From positions 33,015,910 through 33,079,909 of the forward strand of contig NC_068999.1 in the NCBI RefSeq assembly GCF_001194135.2: a stretch of DNA of 64,000 nucleotides, in the 5' to 3' direction. Of this stretch, positions 1 to 12,137 are shown one piece after another. The position numbers and the translations under genes are program-made. Position 1 is the first letter of the stretch. Each line of letters begins with the position of its first letter. The DNA comes from Octopus bimaculoides. Taxonomy: Eukaryota. Below the pieces are notes generated by a model, which had not been told where the DNA came from, made no database searches, and worked only from the letters and a program-made list of their open reading frames with translations.

Positions 1-1431
1 ACACCTATGATATGTTTGTGATTCCATTTTAAACAAGTCATTTACTTGTGATCAATATGGTGACAAATGTGATAACCTGTTATAATTTTTTTTTTTTTTT
101 CATTCTTTGTTTTTCCACTGTAGGTATGCATTGGATAGATTTGTAATGTTTCATCGCATGACACATCTCTATTTAATGTCTCATTTATATGTTTATATCT
201 TCACATCTAACCTGACTACTTCTTAACAACTCTCCCTTCATCAATCTCTCCATGGATACCTTCCACTATCTTTTAGATTTGTTTGTATGCTGCAGATAGT
301 GTAGCTTTGCTAAACCTGAAATAGTCACACATTATATTTAGGCAAATATAATTACTGTTAGCTAGTTGTATCCTTTCAAGTACAAACCCCATCTAACATA
401 AAATAGAAATGTTATTTATAGTTGAGCTGGCACCAATACCTCTACCAAACAGACAAAATAATGACTCCCCAGCTGTTTGAGGGAGGTCAAAACTATGACT
501 TTTACACCCAAAAATCTAACATGTTAACCACCCCATTGTCACACCTCCGTTTCAATTAACTGTTATTTGAGCAAGTTTCTTGTATATTGATTTGGTATTG
601 ATCTCCTTATCTAGCTATGATAACCTAATCGATGAACCTACAAATCACTCTCTCTCTCTCTCACAAACTCTATTTAGTAGAAGTAGCAACATTAACTTTT
701 CTTCATGTTATGTTGCTGCTGCTACTGTTGTAGTTAGTTGTAAATCTGTTTCTTGTAATGTAGGGCTGAGAAATGGTAGGTTTATTGAACTATTCCTTGC
801 TATTTTGCATCATCTGTACTTCCTCTCACTTGCTGTCACAACAAACCATATAATGGAATCACTACAAATAGATCAATATCTTCAACAATCAAAATCTTCT
901 CAATTCGATTGATATTTAAAAAATATTTTTATAAAGTATCATCATTGTCCTTGCTTAAATTCTTAAAACATTTGCACAAAAGATGAATTAAATTTTTTTC
1001 ATACCAATTGCTGTGAGCTTTAAGGTATTGATCAAACTCACCCTACTGCAACCCTAGTATTGTGCCTCTTTCCTTTTGTTTCTTTACTCGACATGACCTC
1101 AGTCGGTTTGGTCCTACAAATTTTTTATGATGAAATGGCTTTGGAAATGAGATTTATCAAGAGGCTCAGCTGTTGAGATGAGAGAATGTTTAATATTTCT
1201 ATCATTTAATAAGGGTTTGAACTGAAGCAAATATAGTGTAGATATAAAAGTAATTTTTTAAATATCTTTATCTCTACAGATGAGGTTTGTGATCTGGAGA
1301 AAAAAATGTTATACCACTTAAACATTTATTGAATTAAATATATAAATTAAGAAACTGCAGACCATGTTCTGTCAGCTGGTATAAATCAATGGTAAATACT
1401 GATAATCAATTATCAAGTCATTGGCAACATT

Positions 1432-1494
<63 letters not shown>

Positions 1495-2197
1495 AAAAAA
1501 TGGAGGTGATGACAAGTGACCAAAACTTCTAGTGTTTTGCTGTGCTTCAGAAGATATGTCAAAGCTAAGTGAAATCATAGTCATGGCCCATGACGGCAAC
1601 ATGTAAAAGACACCCAGTACACTCTGTAGAGTTGTTGGTGTTAGGAAGGGCATCCAGCCATAGGAACCAAGCCAAAACAAACAACTTAGAGCCTAGTGCA
1701 ACTCTCAAGCTTCCCAGCTCCGGTCAAACTGTCTAACCCATGCCAGTATGGAAAACAGACGTTAAATGATGATGATTATGATATATGTGTGTGTGTGTAT
1801 ATAAATATAAATATAGTGTTTGTTCAGCTTTATGTTCATTTTTCCTTGTTAGAGTGGAGTTAGATGCAACTTATATGGCTGCTCCCCTGTCACCAACCTT
1901 TATCTTTTTCCTAAGTTTGGTATATTCCACTGATTCTCATGCATCTAAAGGTGACTATGTGATGTTTTGTTTACGATAAATTGTAAACAAAGATGTTTTT
2001 CAATCAGATGGTGCTAATGAGAGCACATGTAATGACACACACATCATAGGCTTCTCCACAGTTTCCATCTACCAGTTCTAATCATAAGACATTAATCTAT
2101 CTGAGGCTATAGTACCACACAGTGAGACCAAATCTCAAACCACATGGTTATGGTTAGTCCACATTACTCCATAAGGGGCATAGGGCCGTTTTCTGTA

Positions 2198-3329
2198 TCT
2201 ATATATATAAAAATGAGAATGTGTGTCTGTGTGAATCCCTAAAACTCGAGAACTACGCAACCAATTTCATTCAAATTTTACAGATGCCTTACTTAGGGTT
2301 CCAGTTGTGTTTTAGTCAAAAAAAATTATTAACTTCTTGCGGAGTTCGAGCCCACGGCAACATAATATCTCCTCCACTATTTAAGTATTACGTGTCAAAA
2401 GTGAAACAAAAACACTCATGTCAAATACTTTCACTTTAAAAATGAAACTATTCTACTAACTGAAACAATCACATTTCGATACTGTAATGACAGATACTTT
2501 CAGAGAGAGAGAAAGAGATGTATATGTATACATATACATGTATATGTACACGTATATGCATNNNNNNNNNNNNNNNNNNNNNNNNNNNNNNNNNNNNNNN
2601 NNNNNNNNNNNNNNNNNNNNNNNNNNNNNNNNNNNNNNNNNNNNNNNNNNNNNNNNNNNNNNNNNNNNNNNNNNNNNNNNNNNNNNNNNNNNNNNNNNNN
2701 NNNNNNNNNNNNNNNNNNNNNNNNNNNNNNNNNNNNNNNNNNNNNNNNNNNNNNNNNNNNNNNNNNNNNNNNNNNNNNNNNNNNNNNNNNNNNNNNNNNN
2801 NNNNNNNNNNNNNNNNNNNNNNNNNNNNNNNNNNNNNNNNNNNNNNNNNNNNNNNNNNNNNNNNNNNNNNNNNNNNNNNNNNNNNNNNNNNNNNNNNNNN
2901 NNNNNNNNNNNNNNNNNNNNNNNNNNNNNNNNNNNNNNNNNNNNNNNNNNNNNNNNNNNNNNNNNNNNNNNNNNNNNNNNNNNNNNNNNNNNNNNNNNNN
3001 NNNNNNNNNNNNNNNNNNNNNNCTTTGCCTCCACTGATTCACTTGCAAAGTGTTGAGTAAAATTATTTCGTTGCAGACCTCCTTTGGGTCTTTTTATTAT
3101 CACTACGACACACATAGTCCCCAGTTGGTAATATTGATTTCAAGGCCCTTCTGGATGAGAGACTGGCATTCCACTTAATGTCTATGTTCCATGCTGGCAT
3201 GGATTGGAGAGTTATTAATGTAGAAATATGGTATCGTAGCTACTAACAGTTGAGGGTTGCATAGTCTAGACGGCGTTTTTAGATTTCATTATTCTCTTTA
3301 ACCCGGGCAAAGCCGGGTATTTCTGCTAG
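2198..3329 (+). mobile_element. Non-autonomous Helitron (contains the N gap 2562-3022)
   Basis: Starts A|TCTATATATATATAAAA; subterminal hairpin ACCCGG-GCAAAG-CCGGGT at 3301-3318; ends CTAG|T; no TSD, inserted between A and T. Confidence 0.8.
2562..3022. other. Assembly gap (others at 11752-11761, 18098-18278, 38670-38820, 39683-40124, 49381-49399, 50708-50717, 54048-54057, 58541-58550)
   Basis: Runs of N. Confidence 0.99.
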
Positions 3330-6300
3330 TTGTATATATTTTTCCTGGACAGAACACTGGTCCATCACAGAATTATTTTTACCAACTGAGTGGACTGGAA
3401 CAACATGAATTGAGGTGCTTTGCTCAAGAACACAATGCACTGCCCAGTTTAGGAATCAAAATCACAATCTTAGGATCGTGCATCCAACACCCTAACCACT
3501 AAGCCATATGCCTCCTCCTGGTAATGAACCAAATTTCCTAACCGCATAACTATGTCTGCACTTTCACCAAAATGTGAGACTGCTAGATATAAAATATTGT
3601 TTTTAGTGGTTCCAGCTTGGTGTTTGTGCCTACCATGCTGAAGCCCATACCTTTAGCCACTCTTTAAGGGTTTCTATTTATGTATGTTGAGGGACAATGC
3701 ACATTTTCAATTCCAAATCACTTTTTCTTGATCTCATCAAGAAAGGAAATTGGATTTCAGTGCTGTTTTTTTTAGACCATAATTTGTCTTATGTGCAGAC
3801 AAATATGATTATGATAATAACATTAATAATGATTTTTTACTTAGGTTATGAATCCGGGGATTTGGGAAATAAGATTGGTTGTCTTTATTGGCTCTCAATA
3901 TTTTGAATGGTGTTTTATTTTATCTGGAAGAATGAAAGGCAGAGTTAACTTCAGTGTGATTTGAACTCAGAAAGTAATGTTTGAACAAAAATCAAGGCAT
4001 TTGAGCTTCAACAGTTTAGTCTTTACCCATTTCGTCCATCTTCAGAGTTCAAATTTCCCTCTAGGTCAACATTGCTTTTCATCCTTTTGGAATCAATAAA
4101 ATAAGCACCGGTTGAGCTCTGGGATCAATGTAATCAACTTATCCACTCCCCCAACATTACTGGCCTTGTGCCAAAATTTGAAACCATCATTATTGTTGTT
4201 ATCATTATTATTATTATTATTATTATTAATGATGAATGAGTAGGAAACCAATTCCTAGACAGACGAAGTGTAAAGATTTACATCAGAAAATTAAATGAAT
4301 GAAAAAGGAAGTATAAATATGTCTGGTATAGAAATAATGTATGATGCAAATGGCCTGATAGAGGAGTGTCAACTTGTCCTTGGGCTTCTGTTGCCATTCT
4401 CATATTTTTTGAGTGATGTCTTCTTTAATGTCACCTGACTAATTAACTGAGAATTTCTGGGCAGTAGCCAGGCACATTATGGAAATATAATAAAAAATCA
4501 TGAGGAAAAATAGAAATGGAACAGGAAATGCTGTGCCCCAAATTTTGTGAATACTTGCTATTCTGGGCGTTTCAATTCTCACGCTCTGTGTCTATATGCC
4601 TGGGTATCTCCCTGCTAATTTTCATTTGTGTGTGCCAGCGTAATTTTTTTTTTTTCTAATTTGGGAACTAAAGCAATTTTGTCAAGGACAAGCATTTGAA
4701 TAAAAATGACTCAAGTGTACATGGGGTGGGTAAGTAAGAGTACCATGAATTGGAATATCAGAACCGTTTAAATTTGGTGCTTTGATGGCATGTGGCCTAG
4801 TGGTTAGGGTGTTGGGCTCATGATTACAGGATTGTAGATTCAGTTCCTAGTCCAGGTGGTTCATTGTGTCCTTGAACAAGGCACTTCATTTCACATTGTT
4901 TTAGTCTACTCAACTAAAATACATAACCAACTCAGTGCTGGTGCAGCTGTCTTTCTCTTTAGCAATCATATACTTGATGTTCTGCTGGGCTAAGGGTGGA
5001 ACACACTGTCACTGTCTGTCTGCAACAACAAATACACCTAAAACAATTGGTGAAAGCAAAATACATGCTACCAAATCATTCTCACTTGTGAGTGATAAGT
5101 TTGGGTTTTTAATTGTGTTGTCGGTGCTGCTGATGATGTTGTAAAGTTTAATGAAATGTAGGAATTTTGCATAGGTATTATGGTGATGTAGGTAGCACAG
5201 ATATTGATTGTACAGTGTGCGGTAGGTAATAACATGGATAGATCCGGTAACATACATTGTGTGTGGTAAGTAGCACAGGTATTGTAGAGTGACAGATCAC
5301 AATATTGCAGGAGAGGTCTTACAGTCGGAGTGCTGACTGATTCTTTGAGTGGGAGGTGCTTTATACAAAGATGAAGTGGAGCTAGCAGATGGTGTTGCTG
5401 ATCAATTTACTGTCAATTCTTTTGATACCAAACTACCAAATACCCCTTTTCTCTGCTTGTTTCTTTGACACAGATCTACCATATCTTAATTTCACAAACA
5501 AACCTTTTTGTTAAGATTCTGCTCAAAATATCAGCTTTATATTGAAAAAAAAAAAAAAGTTACTTTATTATGCAAATTCTTCATTATTTACAAAATTAAT
5601 TAAAACATACTCTGTTAGTCTCTCGTGCTTTAGTATTACCCATTAGTATTCATCACTCAATCTCTCTCATCAGCAAACATGTAGTTGCCATCACCAACTC
5701 TCTTCTATTATTGTCTTCTTCACCATACTCTCACTCTATTCATTCACTCAGCCTTACTCCTCTTCTATTCATTCTCTTGATCATATTGCCTTGATTGAAT
5801 GGTAGTGAGGACATTCAGTCTTGCAACCTCAGTTGTGTTGATGTCCCAAGTAAACTGCACCCAGTACACTCTGTAAAATGCTTAATGAATGAGTAGAGAC
5901 AACATAGAGAAGAGGATGATTTAGTGTTACAGAGCACTAGATAAGTTCTATAGTAAGTGGTGTTACACTGAAAGGAATCCAGTACTCTGTGTAAATTGGA
6001 GAAATATATCAAAAATAGTATATACAAATAAGATTTGGCCCTCTTGCCCATTTAGGACAGTAACTCCATGTAGAAACTGCATCAGATCATGTTGACCTGC
6101 AGAACCCATGCTGGCATGGAAAGTGGACATAAAAATGATTAATATGCTGGTGGTAGCAGTGGCAGCAGGTTGTGTATTTCATTAAAACTATGGTCATAAA
6201 AGGTTTAAGGCAAATTTATTATCTTTGAGAAGTGATATTCAAAACAGGCTTGTGTGCATGCACACACTCACTCTCTTATCTCTCCATCTCTCTCTCTCTC

Positions 6301-9143
6301 CTCAGCTCTCCTCTACCTCTTTCTCTGTAAATAGTATAACATTAGACATTTATAAATGCCAATTTGAGATTGAAAAGGGAACAATAAATCCACTGATGGA
6401 ATTTATTCTTTGTTTGCCAAGCAACTATTGTGTGTGTTTGTGGAGTAATGTATACATGCGGGTGTCATATATATTGTGTATGTACATGTGGATAATATGT
6501 GTGTATGTTTGAATTATGTTTACGCTTGTATATGTGTTTGGGTGTATACCTAATGTGTGTTTGGACACAGGTATAGCTAATGTTTGTTTCATGAGGACTT
6601 GGATTAAATTACAATGCATGGAATTGTGGGCAAGTTCCTCTACCAGAATCAGGTCCTTGCTCCTTGCCTTGTGAGTAAAATGGGGTAGACAGAAACTGTG
6701 GAAACTTGTTGGATCTACTTTACCTGTGATTCAAAGGTCCATCTTTGATGCTCCACACTGGGCACAACCTGATTCCTCCTTAGGCCACACATGTTTGAGA
6801 AATAGTCATACTGCCAAATCATTTGATTCACCCTTTAGATACCAGTCCACCTAAGATTGTCCTTGGTTCTGTGGTACAAACTTCTTGTTTTACAGTGATC
6901 TAAATTAAAACCTTGTATTGAAATTCCACATTAATTTATGTCCCAAACACCATCTTAATAATGACAAAGTTATTTTACTAAATTTTTCATTATTTAAAAA
7001 ATTTAAACAAAGGCAATGTATTTCAGCAGATACATGGTAATAAAAGGGTTAAAGAATCCACAATTTAAGAAAAGGACTCATTTATATTTGAGGTGTAGAG
7101 TGTATCTTAAGAGCAGGTAGAAAGGCTAAACAAATTTGCAGCTCACATGGGTTAGAGAATTTGTTGAGACAGATTTTCTATGACTGAACTCTTTTCCTAT
7201 TTCCAGCCTTTACCAGTTTCTGAACAAGGTAATATTTCTTCATGGTCAGACATGCTTTCACAGAAAATTGGAAACAAATAGTACTACTTGTAAGATGGTG
7301 CCATTGCCAGGAATTATATGTGATCCTTGCGCAAGGTACCACACAGTGGGACTGAAGTTGAAAACATGATCTGGAAGTGAGCGTTTTAGAAACACATTCA
7401 TTTCTACACCTCTCACTCTCTCAACACATGCATGTGCATACTTGTATCATCCTCATCACCATCAGTGTCCCTTTTCCATGCTGGAATGGGTTCTATGGTT
7501 TTTACAGTTGAATGCCCTTTCTAATGCCAACAACATTACACAGTGGACTGAGTGCTTCTTAACCTGGCACCATCAGCAAGCTCTGTTTGGCATAGTTTTT
7601 ATGGCTGGGTGCCCTTCCTAACACCAATCACTTGACAGAGTGAACTGGGTGATTTTTATGTGGCACCAGCACTGGCAAAGTCTGCTTAGACATGGTTTTT
7701 ATGGCTGGATGCCCTTACATGCACACACACACACACACACACACACGTATTTGTGTGTGTGTGCATTAGAGCAAGACTAAATAGCATTCAGTATTTAGAA
7801 TATATACCAAGACATACACAAGTTCACTTGGTCCTACATATTTCTTCTAATGTGCATCAATGTGAGTGAGTGAACTCACCTAACAATACCTTCATCTTAT
7901 GCATTTGTGTCATTGTGTGTGAATGAAGTCACAAAATATTGTGACAACCATGTCAACTTTCTGCCCTCATTTACTTTTCTATCACTATCAACTTTATTTA
8001 CATCACTTTGCGGGAAAGATATGAATGCCTCAACTTCCCATTCACTTTTTCTTTTTAAACTGAAATCTTCATCTGGAGACAAACGCCACAGCTTCTACTT
8101 TTGATTTCTGTCTTTAGTGATTTCACTTCATATAATGAAAATGTACTTAACACCACTGGATTGTATATTCTTCGGCCAATTATTATTTACTTTTCTTCTC
8201 TTCAATGAAAACATATTGACATTGTAAAGGTTTAGGATTTCTGTTTTGTACAGGTCTTAAATATTTTCTCTGTCATATCTGGAAATACTGATGTATTTAT
8301 AGCATTTTAATGAGCTTCATACAGTTCTAGAGTAATTTTTAAAATATTGATCAGATATGGGAAAAGATTCTCTTGTTTAGCAACCCTCTGGTTTAATTCC
8401 ATCCAATTGTAGATGATGTAGACATTTTGGTCTCTATGGCAAGAGTCTAAGGATGGTATATATACCAGTAATATACTGCAAATAGCATAATTAACTGTAC
8501 TCACCCATCCTAAGCAGAAATAATTGGCTTTGTGTTAAGACTCATCTCTTTTACTCTAGTTTGCGAAGAAGAAAATTGTAATTATGCTTACTAAATTGAT
8601 GGAGGAGTATGGGTGCAGTGGGATTGTTTCTTTCATTAAATTTCAATTAATTTAAATCTTGTATACTTTAATTTTGGTTTTAATCTCAGCCTAATTAGTT
8701 ATTTTCTTGATTTTTCCCTTTTAACTCAAATTTTTGCCAGTAGTAACAAGATATATGGATGTGTACTCATGTATCTGGGTATGTGTGTGTATGTTTCTAG
8801 GCATATGGATGTGTGTCTGTGTGTGTGTGTGCATGCAAGCGCTATTTCTGACACTAAGTTTTTGAGGTATTTTACCAAAATGTTTGTCTTGACTGACTGT
8901 AAATGATGAACGCATGAGGAGTTAATTATGTATTTAGGGTAAGTACATATGTAAGTTAGCAGGGCTGGCTATAAATAAAGTTAATCCCCAGTTTTAGTTT
9001 GAGTTAGATATGGTTATGTGTATAGGTTACTGTGTGTGTTATCCCTTTTCTTGTATATGTGTTAATGTATATGTAAATGGCATGTAACAAATATATTTTC
9101 ATATGTGCCTAGATGCATGTGTATCTGTATATGTACATATATA

Positions 9144-10087
9144 CAAGGGTTGGACAAAATAATGGAAACACCTAGCATCATAATTTTGAAATATCTATAA
9201 AACAGTCAAAAGCTTGTTTATTTTTGTTTTTTTATTTATTTATTATTAGTGTTGCTTAATATGTTTTGCTAAAATTGCTATTTCTTAAGATATCATCAGA
9301 AAGAGATAATTAAAATTCATTAAAATGACAGATCCTTTGGACTTTCAAAGAAGTCAAATTGTTGGTGCTCGTATGGCCAGTGCTAGTGTAACAGAAACAG
9401 CCGAAATGTTTGGTGCATGAAGAAGTACTGTCTCGAAAGTAATGACAGCCTTTGAGAAAGAGGGAAAAACCTCCTCCTCATCATCATCATCGTTTAACGT
9501 CCGCTTTCCATACTAGCATGGGTTGGACGATTTGACTGAGGACTGGTGAAACCGGATGGCAACACCAGGCTCCAATCTAATTTGGCAGAGTTTCTACAGC
9601 TGGATGCCCTTCCTAACGCCAACCACTCAGAGAGTGTAGTGGGTGCTTTTACGTGTCACCCGCACGAAAACGGCCACGCTCGAAATGGTGTCTTTTATGT
9701 GCCACCCGCACAAGCCAGTCCAGGGGCACTGGCAACGATCTCACTCGAAAATCCTACGGGAGCCAGTCAGGCGGTACTGGCAACGGCCACGCTCCTCGAA
9801 ACAAAACTCTGGAAGAAAACCTAACTTTCAGATAGGGACTATCAGACACTTACGTGAATTGTTAGACACTTACGTGAATTGTTAGATAGGATCACAAAAG
9901 TACAGCTCCCAAAATTACTGCAGAGTTTAATGACCATCTCGAGAATCCAGTTTCCACAAAAACTGTTTGCCTTGAGCTGCACAAAGTGGGATTTCACAGG
10001 AGGGCTGCAATCAGAAAACCACTACTTTCAAAAACAAACGTTGCAAAGCATTTAGTGTGGAGTAAACACCTACAGAATTGGTCCCTA
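9144..10087 (+). mobile_element. Tc1-like DNA transposon, 5' half (TIR and HTH region), decayed and SINE-interrupted
   Basis: TA|CAAGGGTTGGACAAAATAATGGAAACACC; translates as MTDPLDFQRSQIVGARMAS...AFEKEGKTSS / KQNSGRK...RAAIRKPLLSKTNVAKHLVWSKHLQNWSL, with a stop and a 22-bp tandem duplication near 9844-9886. Confidence 0.88.
9477..9791 (-). mobile_element. SINE-like retroposon with (ATG)n tail, inserted in the Tc1 copy
   Basis: CTCCTC at both 9471-9476 and 9792-9797 (TSD); tail reads AAACGATGATGATGATGAG on the minus strand; the same family recurs many times in the window. Confidence 0.8.
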
Positions 10088-10149
10088 GGAATAAAAGGAA
10101 AAAATTATAAGAAATACATAAAATAAAAAATTAATGTAAGTTAAAACAT

Positions 10150-11200
10150 ATGGGAAAGCTTGTACAGGAACATAGTAGAAACGTAGATTCTAGCTGTGAT
10201 CTTGGGGTGGCCAAAAACTGTAACAAGTATTTTGTGACATGTGGACATAATCCCAAAAGTTCAGTTCTTGAATTTAAACATGTAGCAGGGTCCAAGGAAC
10301 TTTTCCAGCTGCACCATTTTTCCATATTACAAAGACCACATTTGCCACTACCATTGGTATAAGGTTTACACTTGGCTAAGATCTTCCAGTAAATCTTTTA
10401 GTTGACACCTTGTTCTTTTAAGAACCATATATAACTGGATAATTTGGTAGGTTTTTGTTTATTCCAGTGTCTGAAGGTGTGATTGTTGAATCTTGCTTTG
10501 AAATTTCCTTCTGTGAGAACCACATATCTCTTGGATGAAACTGTATTATTAGCATTCATGGAATTTACAGTGGCTTCATAAATAATGGCCTTGGTCATAC
10601 AGGCTCCATTTAGTCTTTATCCCTGCAGGAACAGCCAGCTTCAGGTTGTTGTGTTGCATTGTGTGTAATTATGCTTTTTAAGTTTGGAGTGGAACTAAAA
10701 CTAATTTTTAGGTTATGCCTATTAAAGAGTTTTCTATATTTGTGATGTATTGGAAAATGTCTATCTAGAAGTGACAAGAAATATTTATCTATATCAAAGG
10801 TTACTTTGGGTGAGTAAGGGGGTGTGAACCAGATAATTTTCCTGTGTTTGTTTTCTTCACTTTATTTCTGGTCTAGTAGTAGTTGTGTAAGCTATGTCCT
10901 CTTTAAATCCACTAGCTTTAAGGGCAGCATTATTAAGTATGTTTATATTGGAGGAGCAGCTAGAAATTCCAATATTCTTAACTAAATTCTTAAGCACTAT
11001 GGAGTGGGGGGTGGCAGGAACCTACATATATATAACTAAGTCTATCGTTGGGCTTTCTATAGGGCTTGTAAGTACTTGTTTGTAAATCTAGAGATATATC
11101 AAGGAGATTGACAAACGTCAAGTTGGTATCTATTGTTATGCTAAGATCGAATGTTTTCATAAAATGGATTATACCCTTCCTTAACCGATGTACATGTATC
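10150..11200 (-). mobile_element. Penelope-like retroelement relic (RT thumb plus GIY-YIG endonuclease)
   Basis: Minus-strand peptides TNLTFVNLLDISLDLQTSTYKPYRKPND, RKIIWFTPPYSPKV...LLDRHFP, TKAIIYEATV...YVVLTEGNFKARFNNH, KPYTNGSGKCGLCNMEK and LNSRTELLGLCPH; frameshifted. Confidence 0.85.
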
Positions 11201-12137
11201 AGATGTCAAAACAAGGAGGCATGTACACACACAGACACACACACACAGGTTCTTTTTCAGTTTCCATATATTAAATCCACTCAGAAAGCTTTAGTCACCT
11301 TTGGCTGTGGTAGAAGGCACTTGCCCATTGGGACTGAACCTGAAACCATATGATTGTGAAGCAAACTTCTTAACCACACAGCTATGCTCTAGTGTGTGTG
11401 TGTGTAATCATCATTTAACATCCCTTTTCTATGCTGGCATGGGTCGGATGGTTTTACAGGAGCTAGTAAACCGAAAGATTGCACCAGGCTTCACTGTCCA
11501 TTTTTGCATGACTTTTATAGTTTTAACACCAACCACCTTGCCGAATGGTCAATAGGTGTATGCGTTTGTGGGTGAGAGCAATGAAATGCATTTGAAAGGT
11601 GTGTGAATGATTTATTTTTGAATGAAACCTGAAAGAAAATTACTATATTGGATACTTATCTCTCTTATTTATAATTTAGTGAAAGGAAATTGACATGGGG
11701 ATAATACTTTGTTTCATTGTAATAATAACTCCTTCATCTCCCCCCCCCCCCNNNNNNNNNNCCCCCCCAGTCCACATCCATTTTTCATTTCAGTCTCCCG
11801 CTACCACTGTGACTAACAAAATCACATTGTAAATTATTTTATGTGTGTGTGTGTAAAGTTTATTAGCATCATATTAACATATATATTCATGAATTATAAA
11901 TTATAGACGTCTATGCTAACATTTTCTTATGTGTTGTGTTGGTATATGCACAAATGCATCTTAACAATTATATATGCTTTAATGTATGTCAATATAAACA
12001 TAAATTACTTGTGTATGTATATTAAATATATTTTGTTTATGTATATATATATATATACAAACACACACACACACACACACACACACCTACATAAATTATA
12101 TTATGTATAATAACATTTTTTATGTGTTTAATATATA

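Noticed and set aside
2456-3115. Long ORFs spanning N gaps or (TA)/(CA)/(CT) repeats (also 17979, 38533, 39668, 50325-50945, 52688-52979)
   Set aside because: Open only because of Ns or stop-free simple repeats.
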